Below are positions 39,673 to 52,006 of a stretch of DNA of 64,000 nt, piece after piece; position 1 is the stretch's first letter, and each line of letters begins with the position of its first letter. The stretch spans positions 1,894,880 through 1,958,879 of the forward strand of contig BFEA01000026.1 in the NCBI GenBank assembly GCA_003427395.1, in the 5' to 3' direction. This DNA is from Chara braunii (taxonomy: Eukaryota > Plantae > Charophyceae). Made by a program: the position numbers and the translations under genes. The notes beneath the pieces are model-generated. The model was not told the DNA's origin. It saw only the letters and a program-made list of their open reading frames with translations, and did not search any database.

Positions 39673-39876
39673 GGAGGGCTGCGCCACACTCTGCTGCAGT
39701 GCGATACAGAGGCAACGCTGGAGGGGTCGAGCAGGCAAGCCTACCCATATGACCCCTCCGTAGCCCAGAAAAATTAATTAATATCGTAGTGGCCCGATGG
39801 ACCACGGATCAGATATTAAACTGATCACAACAACAGATACTACACTTGATCTTAGCCAAAAGGCCGAGAAAGGTAT
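39673..39876 (-). pseudogene. Full-length U2 snRNA processed pseudogene
   Basis: Starts ATACCTTTCTCGGCCTTTTGGCTAAGATCAAGTGTAGTATCTG. Has an Sm-like AATTTTT, stem III GGAGGGGTC/GACCCCTCC and a stem IV loop ATCGCACT. Followed by a ~35-nt A tail; TSD GCGGAC at 39632-39637 and 39877-39882. Confidence 0.92.
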
Positions 39877-40335
39877 GCGGACAATTTTCGCTTTTCCTTG
39901 TTTACTTCTTTTCTGAAATTTACTACCTCCGATCCTCTGTTTTGCCGACCGTGAATTTCCTGCACACCAATATTTGACAAGACTAGAGCGGGGACGGTTC
40001 CATTTCATATTTCTATTCTGGTACCGCTCCTCCCCCCCCAAAAAAGCATCTTGGCTGACAGATTCATGAAAGAATAATAATAATAAAAAAAAAAAACATC
40101 CCTAACACTGTGATAGTGTTGCAGTTCATTCTCGGATATACTAGTGGGAGTTAGCCCAGCTGAGGGCGCCTATCCGTAGCAAAAGCTGCAAAACAGAAAA
40201 AGACGAAGAGGGAAAAAGAACATCCCTTTCGACGTCATCTCAAACTTTCAGAATTCTATGTAAATTTCCATATGGGACTCTGGGCCCGGTTCCCAGCACG
40301 TGCTGCTCCCCACAAATAGATTGGAGTCTTGTCTC

Positions 40336-40369
<34 letters not shown>

Positions 40370-40810
40370 CAGTCAGATTCGTTATTGGAAGTACTAGTGT
40401 GAGTATGGGCCTCGTTCAACACCACTTGAAAATACTTGAGTTTCAAGGAAACATCGTTCCACCGCTCCTTCCCTAATTACATCGATTTGGATGTCCGCAA
40501 CGTTTCCACATTTTGCATCTCCAGGATCCGCCCTTGAAACTCAAGTGCAGACCGCCCAAGACAACAGAAATCTAGAGGGAGCCTCGGGAGGTCACTTGAG
40601 GCTCAAGGGAAGGACCCTTTGAAACGGGGAATATACAAATTTTTTTCTTTTTTGTGGGATTTTTCCACCAATCACCACTGTTCCTGGTGCAATGCTATTA
40701 GTACGTCAGTTTCAAGGGCGGCTCCGTCACGAAAACAATTTGAAAATGCACTTCAGGAAATCCCGCGAACACAACACATCCCCAAGTGACCCCACCGGAC
40801 CCGAAACCTA

Positions 40811-40911
40811 CCTTCTTCCCCCGAATACAACGGTCATTATAGCTGTACGTAAGGCATCTTTCAGTCTAGATACTGCTATAATGACCGTACGTTGTATTCG
40901 GGGGAAGAAGG
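40811..40911. mobile_element. Hairpin MITE with TA TSD, diverged member of the 6976 family
   Basis: TA|CCTTCTTCCCCCGAATACAACG ... CGTTGTATTCGGGGGAAGAAGG|TA. Confidence 0.8.
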
Positions 40912-41278
40912 TAGGTTGTGTACGTTCAACATTACCGTCCCTTTTGCCTCAAGTGCATTTTCAATCTCAAACCCTGACTGCGCCGTAGTTTTATCAAAAA
41001 AAAAAAAAGAAAAAGAAACAAAACAAATCTGAGTTTGAAAACAACAAGTGATGTAAATATTATATCTCATTACTTATCTTTGTATATTTTATGCTAAAAA
41101 ATCTCTAACAGATGTGATAAGGAATCCAATTAGAATTAAGTGAAACTGAAAATGCATTTAATGCAAAGTACTATGAAACTTTGGTGAAACGTACAGGAAT
41201 TAAACTTGAAACATGAAAATGTGATTCTTGTACAAATAGTTCACAAGACATTAAGGATAAGTGAATGCGAAAGACTTA

Positions 41279-41446
41279 GGGCGTCGCCGCACGGCACACG
41301 AAACGAAAAACGAAACGAATGCATCTTCCCCCAGAAAATGGCCTGGTTCATCGGTTTGCTACAAATAGTAACGAGTGTATTTTGCCACCTTTGGGGGGAA
41401 GATGCACTCATTTCGTTTTCGTTTCGTGTGCCGTGCGGCGAGACAC
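41279..41446. mobile_element. Tourist-like (PIF/Harbinger) MITE
   Basis: ~55-bp inverted arms (TCGCCGCACGGCACACGAAACGAAAA...) with TTA on both sides; lies ~170 bp upstream of the bZIP exon. Confidence 0.85.
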
Positions 41447-41618
41447 TTACTCAGATGCGAGTAGGTGATCAACGAATAGGTGCGCAAGTGTGCCTACCAT
41501 CATCTTAGAGCATTTAGGAAAAATGACTGTAAAAAAGAGTTCTTCCATTTGTTTATCTCCTATCCTAATATGCAGGTTTTTGGTTTCCTTTTGTGCATCT
41601 TTGTTATGGCTTTTTTAG

Positions 41619-41694
41619 AATGCTATCAAATCGCGAGTCTGCAAGGCGATCTCGACAGCGGAAACAAGAGCATCTTGACAGCCTTGAAGTGCAG
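41619..41694 (+). CDS. 76-nt bZIP basic-region exon (R-MLSNRESARRSRQRKQEHLDSLEVQ), group C / Opaque2-bZIP63-like
   Basis: Polypyrimidine tract plus TTTTTTAG acceptor and CAG|GTATGT donor. The N-x7-R basic motif NRESARRSR and first zipper leucines are present. Phase-2 entry and phase-0 exit match the conserved group-C intron pattern. Confidence 0.92.
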
Positions 41695-41858
41695 GTATGT
41701 CGTATGGATAACATACCCCCCTGGCTCTCTTGTGGTGAAACAATCCCTTTAACATGTAGTTTTGTGTTCGTCTAAGTAAGTACATAATGCATACCAATGT
41801 TGAGCGCATGTGAATAAAACTTTAAAAAAAAACAAAAATCATTAAAAATGGTAAATTA

Positions 41859-42038
41859 CTAGGCTACCAGCCGGGCCGCCCGGGTCAGGGGTGGCCAGCC
41901 CGTGCAAGGACCAGGGAAACTCTCAGTTAAAAAAAAAATAATAATAATAATAAAAAAAAAATGTTATGCAGAAAAATAAACTGAACAACTTTTGCCTCAG
42001 GGTCACATCGAAATTCTTCACCAAATATAGAAAAATTT

Positions 42039-42073
<35 letters not shown>

Positions 42074-42117
42074 TTGGCCCGGCCGGGCAAGTGACCCCGG
42101 GCACTCTGGTAGCCTAG
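41859..42117. mobile_element. hAT-like MITE
   Basis: TIR CTAGGCTACCAG/CTGGTAGCCTAG with perfect 8-bp TSD GTAAATTA. Second copy at 60945-61222; isolated right end at ~45442-45484. Confidence 0.9.
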
Positions 42118-44495
42118 GTAAATTATGTATACATTGCTAATGTTCTTGTAGTTTTCAAAATTCAAAAGCATGATTTTGTTAATTTCATTGGTTACATGCG
42201 TGTACTACTCAATTATCAGAAAAATATTGTAAATCAAAGTATGTTTAAGGTGAAGCGACGAAATTCATTTCCAAAAGACTTCAAAAAATATTTTTGAAAT
42301 GACGACTAATTATACATTGATAGAGAAGTCATTTGATGTCAACAAAATTATGCTAAATGCATAGAATCGCCAAATACATTTCTAAATTGTAATACATGAT
42401 TTTTTTTAATTTCAATCCTTGTATGAGTGGTTCAATCATTCCTTACGCTTAGTTATCCCCCAACACAGTATGCATCCACACACCCTCTCATGCATTTACT
42501 TATAATCAAGAGAAAACTACGGCGCAGTCAGGGTTTGAGTTTGAAAATGCACACTGGAGGCAGAAAAAGGGCTGGTAAACGTTTCGGGTCCGGTGGGGTC
42601 GCGTGGGCGTGGGGGTGTGTTGTATTCGTGGGATTGCCTGAAGTGCAATTACAAACTGTTATCGTGACTGCGCCGAAGTTACACTCATATTTGCAATCAT
42701 GAAGTGACCCCGTGAATATTTATAATCAATCAAACCAACCAACTTGAGACAACCATGACGAATTCAGTGACACTTGTTTTTATCGCAAATTTGCAATCTT
42801 CTTTTCCATTTTCCCTTTCACCGACTGTCGGACTGTACGAGTTGAACAAGCGGTGTATGTTTCTTTCTTCCTTTCCCCCCCCCCCCGAAATTGCACTTTT
42901 ATTAACAGTGCCCAGTGCCCAAGGCAATTACATCATCAGCACAATCAGCAACCAGGGACTCAGGGTTGTCCCGCCCCTCCAGGAGCTCAGAGCCCCGTCC
43001 CTGTATACACACTCGTCCCACTCTCAATCACGGCACAAGCGGTGTATGTTTCAAAAGTGCATGAAAGGTATAGTTTACTGGTGAGTGGTGGCTATGACTT
43101 GGGTACCAATTGCGTCATTGATAGAAAGCATCATTAAATAGAGCAAACTTAAGGTAAGTGTAGCATCTTCTTAATTAATTATTTATTAAACAAATTGAGT
43201 AGCGCATGAAAAAGAAAAAAGAGTAACGCTGTGAGAAATAGTGCATGGATTGCTGTTTTTTCTTTTTTTTTTTCCCCGCATATTGAACCATTCTAATCGT
43301 AAATGGTCTCTCATCCATTTTTCTTTCTTGATCCACAAACTCATTGATTGATTGAGTGAAATCTGAAAAAAAAGCATGCGTCGATCCTCAATGATTCCAC
43401 TAAGTCATTTGCTAAATGAGTGTGACACTTGCTTTGATACATAGTTAAGAGGTCAACTGAGTGTTTTTTCCAAAAAAAAAAAAAAAAAAAAAAAAAAGAG
43501 GTCAACTGAGTGTTTTTTGTCCTAAGCTTATTCAGTAGTGAACTTCACTAATATGAAGGACAGTGCAGCAAATTGATTGCAGTTATTCTTAGGAGTTTAC
43601 TGGACTTACAAATTGTATTTTTAGGACGAGCATTGACGAGGTGTATATGATTATCATAGAAGTGGTAGCTATTTCATAATGTCAATCTTTCTCATCGCCC
43701 GTAATTCTGTAATTGTTACAAATTTGAGTTTAATTGACTTCTTTTATTTTCTATCGACCTGGGCTACGTACCGGGACGCCCGAGTCACCTCGGTTGCCTG
43801 GGCGGCACGGCCGGGTAAGGGGCCGGAAAGGTCCCTGCAAAAAAGAGAAAAGAAAGATCCAAAAAAAAAAAAAAAAAAAGCGACGTTATCCATATCCGTT
43901 AGGCACACAAGTGGCATTCACGAGGTCGTGGGCTCCGTTCCTGCTGACCATCTGCGGCACTCTTGGTGCCAACCAACTGAGATAGTTGGCTTGCTCCCCC
44001 CATTCCGTATTGGCAGGGTCTTTGGCCATCACGGGTGTGGGTTGTGTGTGTGTGTGGGGGGGGGGTTGTGTGTGGTGTGTAGGAGAGTGCTGTCCATAGA
44101 CACTGTGGTTACCTGATGGGGGCGGGGGAAGTAGGTGGGAGGCACAGCTACTGGCAAAATGCTCGGTCTTTGCGTTAGCCGCCCCTCCCCCCACTGGTGG
44201 CCGCACCCTACTCGCTGACCACCGCGGATTAAGGCGGGGGGCAACATGCATCTCCTTAATTGTGAGATGTAGCTATGCTTGCAGGGGTCCCCTGTATAAG
44301 CTTAGAAGTAGTGGTAGGTATGTAGTGAAAGGTGAAATTGAGAGAAGAAATTGAAGAATATTATCTGAATATAGCTTTTCGAAAGAAAACAAGAAAAAAA
44401 CACTGGACAACTTTTAGGTAGGGTCAAATTGAAATTCCTTACAAAATCTTTTTTTTTTTTTTTCCTGATTGAGCTTCTCTTTTTTCTTTTTGTTA

Positions 44496-45194
44496 GGGAT
44501 AATTTGCAAAATACCCCCATAAGTTGAGATATATCCCAAAATAAAAGATATGGGTAGAGCGGAATGCCCCTCTGACAATTTTATTTTTTTTGTGAAATAC
44601 CCCTGACGTTGGTTGGACTCCCATCTTTGCAATATACCCCTACCGGGTATCGTCCAACTTTGCAAAATACCCCAGTACTTGCCAACTTCTCCTAGGCGCT
44701 ATTGGAAAAGGCCAAGGCCCAAAAGGGGAGGTCCAGATTGCAAAGTTGCACACCCGCCTGACAGGGGCACAACACAAAGGTTTCGGTCAGAGGAAGAGAA
44801 CAAGTGCAAAAAGCACTGGAACCCGTCGCGACAGGGATAACCCCGATTTGACCAGAATCATCCATAGACGATCTTCACCCATAGATATGGCAGACCAACA
44901 ATACCCATCAAGACCAGCAGTTGAAAGCTTCTGAGATAAGGGGAGGAGAAGAAGAGATAAGGGGGGATGAAGAAGAGAGAAAGTTTGAGGGAGGTAGACG
45001 ACGATCACACGATGTAGCGCAACGAATGAGACCTTCATCAAATAATAATGGAGCACAGAAGGCCTTCTGGCGATCGGCCCAACTTGAAAAGTTTCGGCCC
45101 AACTTGAAAAGGGCATTCCGCTCTACCCACATCTTTCAGGGGCATTTTGGCATATATATATCTCAACTTATGAGAGTATTTTGCAAATTATCCC
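44496..45194. mobile_element. MULE-like non-autonomous element
   Basis: ~40-bp TIR GGGATAATTTGCAAAATAC..CATAAGTTGAGATATAT; flanks TTTTTGTTA and TTTTTGAAA match at 7 of 9 positions. Confidence 0.75.
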
Positions 45195-46121
45195 TTTTTG
45201 AAATAAAACCAGAATGCAAGTACTAGGGGAGGTGATATCCGCATCCCCCCCGTAATAAGCGTTCCTGTTGCTCTAGTCTATTACTGGGGAGCCACAACTG
45301 CTGGAAAGCGGGTCCAGCGTCCCAATGAAATACATAGGGAAAATTTAATCATGAATGGTACTGTGAACCTTGACTGCCAGCTCAAAAATTAAAACTAAAA
45401 TTAAAAGCCTCTTTTTAAGTTTTTTTTTTCTTTTTTTTTTTGGCCTGGCCAGGCAAGTGGGCCTGGGTAACTCTGGTAGCCTAGGTATCAACCGTGCTTC
45501 CGTAATTGCCCCTGGAGATAACCGACCAATTGCCATCAAATGATTCACCACTCCGGGCCATCAAATGATTCACCACTCCGGGGTCGAGGTCCCACAAGAT
45601 TCACTCCCTCCTGCACACTCCCTGTCCCCTCTTACCCCTCTCCCTCATGCTAGGTTGTTCCCAAGGTGAAGAGGGGGGGGTGAGGGGAGGGGTGGGGGGG
45701 GGGTTGAGAGGGCGGAATTCTTTGGAACCTTGGCCCTGGAGGCAACAACAGGAACAGGTGCTCTCAAGTGGAGGCGACGTATCTTTCGTTTGATCCCACA
45801 ACACCCCCACGACTGCAAGACTGGTTTGGAAAGGACAGAGGGGGGTGCAACCTGAAGGGGAGGGTAAACTGCCGCTAGGACTTTGTCGATGGAATCTGGC
45901 CATATTTCTCGCCAAGCACTTCCAGGCAACAACTACCCCGAGTATATGTTATTATATTCGCACTACCAGGTAGGACTCTTTTGACTGAAAAATGTGGGGA
46001 TAACAGGGAGATGTTAACTATCGGGGGGTCATTTCAGGTTGGGTACAATCGGCTCACGGGCATTTCAGGCCGTCCGATGTTAACTATCTCGGGGGGTCAT
46101 TCTGTCCACAGAGGCAGTTAA

Positions 46122-46944
46122 AGCACCAATACTACTTCCTAAAGTTGTGCCCGATAACAAGCCACAAAAATATAGAAAACGTACGGGCCACTACAGGAGC
46201 GCCCAAATTCATCCGACTAGAAACGTTTCAACGCTATTTTTTCCCGCGGCCAATGGGCGTCGTTAGGCAGTCCTCGGGGACGTGATTCCAAGGATTTTGT
46301 CTTCGTTCCACCTGTCCTCGGAGATGAAATCGGAAATGAAAATGTGAAAACACTCCGAGGACAAATCCTTGGGCTCCGAGGATTTCCCAGCCAAATCGTC
46401 CTCGGCTCCGAAGAACCTCGCGAGGTCTTTTGGGGCCCGAGGATCCATGTTTCACGAAGAGGAGAGGGCATGCACGTAGAGAGACGTTACAACCGAGAAT
46501 TCGGATTGCAGCGGCACCCTATTTGCTGAAAGCCTGAAGCACAACTTTTTTTCTTTTCCTTTTTTTTTTTCCTTTTTTTATCTGACATTGCTCTGAGGAT
46601 GAGTCCTAAAGCCAGTGCTCCAAGGATGAGTCTAACGAAGACGACAACACCCCTCAACTTTTCCGAGGATTCATCCTCGGAGCCCAAGGATGGATGCCCT
46701 GAGGAGTGTCTAACGATGCCCAATAGCCGGGCCGAGTACTGGTAGTACTGGTGGTTTAAACTTTAAACCACCAGTACACGGCCCCAGCCTTGCAGTCCGA
46801 AACTTGTCGCCACAAGAAAACGATGCCGAAACGTCAAACGCCACGCCCCCCGTTCATAAATTAGATCGGCGGTCGCGGTTTCGTTTCGCTCCTCCAGAAT
46901 TCGAGGTGTCAGGCCCGCGGCCCAGCTGCCCATGTACTGGTGCT
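46122..46944. mobile_element. Second chain of two ACCACCAGTAC/TTAA MITEs (46122-46755, 46767-46944)
   Basis: The first unit is the reverse complement of the 23487-23645 type. The second begins like the 22677 type (ACCAC(C/T)AGTACACGGCCCCAGCCTTGCAG). Confidence 0.8.
46255..46721. mobile_element. Harbinger-type MITE nested in a TTAA MITE
   Basis: TIR GGGC(G/A)TCGTTAG(G/A)CA, related to the 19487 element; TSD AAT. Removing it restores the host consensus CCCGCGGCCAATAGCCGGGCCGAGTACTGG. Confidence 0.85.
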
Positions 46945-47984
46945 TTAACGGAGGCGCAAAAGTTCAGCGTTTTGTAAATGCTATTTATAAGGAAACCCAA
47001 AGGCCTTTTGAACCAAACTTGCCACCAAAACAATGGTCCAAAAAAAGACACCAAATTTGTCTCACACCAACCTTGAACTGAAACAAAAAAAAAAAACAGG
47101 CAAAACAAAAAATAAATAAATCAGGAATACAAAAAAATTGGCCAACAAATCATGTTTTCATCAGTATTATACATGGTTGACCCAGTTAACCATGCGTCTG
47201 TCCAGCCGGCTCGGCCTCCTTTTTTTTTTCTTTTTTTTATTCAACTGCCCGGATTACGAACCTGGCTCTGTATTTGCAGCAGACTCATTTTCCAGTAGTA
47301 CCCAGCTGGAAAACTTTGAGCATGATTCACCCTACAAGTGACTGCAAGCGCGAGCAGGGCCTCCCTGAGCAGCACACTCAAGCAACCCTCTGCACCAGGG
47401 GTCATTCCTGGTAGCCCCTAAGACTCTGCAAATGTCTGCATGCTGCCCAACCTGGCAGAGACAGGGGGCAGAAACTGAGTTCAGGCGTGCAGAGGGCCAA
47501 TAGTGGGGTTGACGAGCCAGGGGTTGTGGGGTTGAATCGACGACCTCGGTCCACAACACCTGATCATTATGACTGTGTCGATCCGGCAAATTGTCTGCTA
47601 TAGGTTCATGATGACTGGCAGTTGTGCTGGGGGTCTAGAAAGTGAAAAAATAAAAGGGACAAAGGGGATGACTGCAACTCGCAGGTCCAGTGGCGGAGCA
47701 CCAGCTACCGGCTTCTACTGATCACAATACACCCTAATTATGATTGTATACAGGCTATCTTCTCATTGTGCTACAGTCATGACGAGGGTGCAAAACCATA
47801 CGGGAAAAAAAAATAAAAAAAATCAAAAAAAGAAACAGGGGGAAAAAAAAAAGAAACAATGGATCCAGCGGTAGAGAGGACAGGCTTGACATTGCAGGCG
47901 TACGGGCGGCAAGTCCCTCTTATGCTGATTCTTTATTTCTGACTGTTTTCCGATCGTTTGTCTTCGACTCTTCGTAATCTACGG

Positions 47985-48165
47985 TCAGAAATTGAGAACT
48001 CGGGTTAGAAATTGAGGACTGGGGTTAGAAAATTATTACCTCAGTTAGAAATTGAGGACTGGGGTTAGAAAATTATTACCTCAGTTAGAAACTGATGAGG
48101 AGGTGGAGAGAGACTATTATTGAGGACTGGGGTCAGAAATTGGGAACTCGGGTTCGAAACTGAGG
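47985..48165 (+). repeat. Imperfect tandem repeat of GTTAGAAATTGAGGACTGGG-like units
   Basis: ~20/40-bp periodicity seen directly. Confidence 0.75.
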
Positions 48166-48670
48166 TAAGTGGGACCTGGGGTGAGGTCCCACCAGCAAAG
48201 ATGATTGGATTGAACACCTGAATCTGGACTTGTTTGTGGAAAGGTGTAGACTGTCGAGATTGAACTGCTTCTCCGCATCTCTGCATAAAACATGTCCAGA
48301 TTCAGGATATTTAGCCAACCCTCTTTGCTAGTGGGACCTCACCCCTGGTCTCCGGAGGTGGAGAGGGCGAGGTGGAACTCTTTTTTTCGTTTTTTTTAGA
48401 AGAGACTATTATTAATTGGTCTTGCCAAAGGTGGGGGGGGAGTGCCCTGATATCCTCCTGGACCAATTTCATTCTGTATATGGGAAGCTGGACCCGTTTT
48501 CCAGCAGGTGATGCTCCCCACCAATAGATGGAGGCGCTCCCCACGGTGTCTTCTCTTACCAGCTCCGCTAGCACTGGAGGGGGCGTTTTCCTATAATAAG
48601 AAAAAAGGGGGGGTGGGGGGGACAAAAAGCCAGGCAGGGTCTGAGCCCCTCAGAGCCTCTCTGACACATA

Positions 48671-49294
48671 GGGTCTCGCTCCACTACTCTAGAAACCGGC
48701 CATTTCTTGAGCGCGGCACCGCCCCACTTACTCTAGACGCCAGGTCTGGAATTTGGGTTCTTGAGCTGTCAGTATCTACTCACGAAAATGGAGAGAATCC
48801 GTCGTCGCTCCACTACCTCATGAAACACACTCACGAAAATGCATTTCTTGAGTTGTCAGAACCTCCTCTCCCGTGGCACTCTTGATGATTCGAGAGCTCC
48901 CACCTGCAGCGGCGGAGGTTCAAGGGAGCCATCCAGGACCTTCGAAAGTTGAGCATTTTTATGGACCGCACCTGGAGTCTGGGCGGACAACAACGTGCTG
49001 GCAGTGTCGTGTAGTTCTCTCAAAGAGCGGTCTGACATCCGAGAGGCCTTCTTGAGTTTGACCTTCCAGAGTAAGGGCATCGCCACACCACTCTCTAAAT
49101 GTGCAAAAAGGAGAATGAACTTGCTGCTAGAACATGTCCAGATGCGCCCGCCACATTTTTGTCTTTTCCCCCGACATTGGTGTGGCGAGCCCCTAAGTGG
49201 AGCGATGTTCTCTTTTTCAGTCGTTTCTAGAGTTTGATAGCTCTAGACTCACTCTCGAAAATCTTCGAGAGTCTAGAGTAGTGGAGCAAGACCC
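48671..49294. mobile_element. Harbinger-type MITE, with a related shorter element nested at ~49076-49210
   Basis: TIR GGGTCT(C/T)GCTCCACTACTCTAGA; TSD ATA on both sides. Confidence 0.8.
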
Positions 49295-49914
49295 ATAGTC
49301 TGAATGATTTTGAGTCTTGCACGAAAACAAAAAAATGAAGGAAGATGAGTGAAAACATTTTGAGTGAAAACATTTTGAGTGAAAACATTTTCCTGATTTG
49401 TCAGATCAGTGGTGCAAACTACCTTATGACAATATATGGGCCTCGCTCCGCTACATACTAACACACTACATGTGTCTGGACCATACTGTTCCCGAGATAC
49501 ATTCTGATTGACGATGCAACATTCAAATGTATCAGGACCATGCCAAGCCTAGATACATTGAAAGAGTTGTGTAGCAGATAGAAGCCGTATATCTTCATAA
49601 ACAGCTGGCAGTGCCTGGTGAAGCGTAGAAAGGGGAGAGAGGGAGAAGAGGGCAACAAAAGAGGGCCAGTGATAGACTCGCTGATCAGGGGCGCGGTCCC
49701 ACTAGCAAAGAGGATTTGATTAAGCACCTGAATCTGGACGTCCTGTATGCGCAGATGCAGAAAATCAGATCAATCGCGATTTTCAGCAACCTTTGCCGCA
49801 AGCACGTCCGGATGCAGGCGTTGAATCCAATCCTCTTTCCTAGTGGGACCTCACCTCAGGAGGTGCATGGCATCTTTTTCCGTCGCCCATCGCTCATATT
49901 TGGTTGATCAGTGT

Positions 49915-50038
49915 GGGCCTCGCTGCACTACTCTTGAAATGCACAAAAGCCAAAAAAATCATGGCCTTGTATCTTTCCATATTCTAGTGGAAGATTCACT
50001 CTCGTTTTGCACATTTCGAGAGTAGTGCAGCGAGGCCC
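49915..50038. mobile_element. 124-bp Harbinger-type MITE
   Basis: TIR GGGCCTCGCTGCACTACTCT. The internal core (ATCTTTCCAT.TTCTAG..GAAGATTCACTC) recurs at ~30240-30310, ~34640-34700, ~34930 and ~49100. Confidence 0.8.
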
Positions 50039-50457
50039 TATGACTAGTAAGAAGGGGGGGGGAGGGGGGGCCACAACAAATTTTGAAGAAAAAAAAGAAG
50101 AGTTAGTTGAGCCAGGGTGCAATGCCGTTGTTACACCTGTCAGCAATCGGTTTCACCCTACGACCCCCTGGCTTTGAATTTCTGCAGAGTGAATCTCTGT
50201 CATTTGCCTGAAAAGAGCCTTCTGGTTTCCTTTTCTCTTTCTGTTCTTCCCTTTTTTTTTTTTTTGTCCGCAAGAAGAGCCTTAAGTTTGTTAACTTTGT
50301 TTCTGTCTGTAATTTGAACCCATCATGGCAGTCCAAAAAGAGAATGAGCAATCATTCACCTACCATCTCCCCCAAAACAACTCACTCTCATTTTGACTGT
50401 ACTGGGCCGTATACGTTCCCTGTCAGGATGACATGTTCAGGGGAAGATGATAGCGTC

Positions 50458-50503
<46 letters not shown>

Positions 50504-50514
50504 ACGATATATAT

Positions 50515-51262
50515 ACGAAACAGTTTGTCACAGCCCCTCGTTTGTTGTCCTCTTCTCCCTCTCTGCCTACGGTTTACCGGGCAGTTCTATTTGACGATAT
50601 ATATATATANNNNNNNNNNNNNNNNNNNNNNNNNNNNNNNNNNNNNNNNNNNNNNNNNNNNNNNNNNNNNNNNNNNNNNNNNNNNNNNNNNNNNNNNNNN
50701 NNNNNNNNNNNNNNNNNNNNNNNNNNNNNNNNNNNNNNNNNNNNNNNNNNNNNNNNNNNNNNNNNNNNNNNNNNNNNNNNNNNNNNNNNNNNNNNNNNNN
50801 NNNNNNNNNNNNNNNNNNNNNNNNNNNNNNNNNNNNNNNNNNNNNNNNNNNNNNNNNNNNNNNNNNNNNNNNNNNNNNNNNNNNNNNNNNNNNNNNNNNN
50901 NNNNNNNNNNNNNNNNNNNNNNNNNNNNNNNNNNNNNNNNNNNNNNNNNNNNNNNNNNNNNNNNNNNNNNNNNNNNNNNNNNNNNNNNNNNNNNNNNNNN
51001 NNNNNNNNNNNNNNNNNNNNNNNNNNNNNNNNNNNNNNNNNNNNNNNNNNNNNNNNNNNNNNNNNNNNNNNNNNNNNNNNNNNNNNNNNNNNNNNNNNNN
51101 NNNNNNNNNNNNNNNNNNNNNNNNNNNNNNNNNNNNNNNNNNNNNNNNNNNNNNNNNNNNNNNNNNNNNAAACAGTTTGTCACAGCCCCTCGTTTGTTGT
51201 CCTCTTCTCCCTCTCTGCCTACGGTTTACCGGGCAGTTCTATTTGACGATATATATATATAT
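50515..51262 (+). mobile_element. Tandem 3' ends of the hammerhead-bearing retroelement, in (AT)n, spanning a gap
   Basis: ACGAAACAGTTTGTCACAGCCCCTCG...GGGCAGTTCTATTTGACG+(AT)n at 50515-50596 and again at 51170-51248. Confidence 0.8.
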
Positions 51263-51602
51263 ATGTTTGATGATGCATATTGATGATTATTCCTCATTAT
51301 ACTAAGTTAAATAGAGTAAAAGAACTAATGATAGATGCACACATGCCACCACTTCAAAGTTCAAATGCATCACCGACTCTTTTGTTTGGAAGAGCTCCAA
51401 TCTATCCAATCTATTCGTGGGGAGCAAAATGGATAATGTACCTCTCCAAAGCTTGACTGAAAGGTTCCGGCCCCCCCCAAAAAAAAGCGTGGAGAGAAAC
51501 AGACAAACAAACAAACAATAATCTATCATGCACCTGGTGCTGCACAGGAGGGAAGCACATGTAGCAGTGAAAGAGATCGCCAATGATCGGTCGGGTGACA
51601 CC

Positions 51603-52006
51603 CGGCCTCTCTCCACCACTCACCACAACCGTTACGTCCTTTTGGTGAGTGGCCTCTCCGCTCCACCACTCACCATGGCCCCAATGTCAGAAGAACTTCT
51701 TTTCGCCGTCACGGCGGTGAGTGGGGGCTGTGGTGAGTACTCAGCGCAGCGAGCGGTCCTTCCCCCCCCCACACAGTGGGGATTGTGGAGGAACCCCTCA
51801 CCCTCTGGGAGGTCTTTGGACTTTTATTGCTCTTCATGGTGCTTTTTCTTTAATTGGTAAAATGGTGAGCAACTCACGATCGGGGCCTTGTCTTGGTGCG
51901 CTCACCCGCGAGGTGATTGCAATCTTCCACTGTGAAAAGTCCGGTTGTGAGTACTCACCACGTTAAATCAAGCGGGGAGACTCGGGAGAGTGGTGGAGTG
52001 AGGCCG
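51603..52006. mobile_element. TIR element with CACCACTCACC subrepeats
   Basis: CGGCCTC(T/A)CTCCACCACTC inverted at both ends; TSD not clear. Confidence 0.55.

Noticed and set aside
43770-43880. HDV-like ribozyme in a GC-rich stretch before an A-rich run
   Set aside because: Only a terminal hairpin GGGGCC/GGTCCC is convincing; the nested double pseudoknot could not be built.
47985-48165. Interstitial telomere repeat
   Set aside because: GGGTTAG occurs only within longer 20/40-bp units, not as tandem TTTAGGG or TTAGGG.
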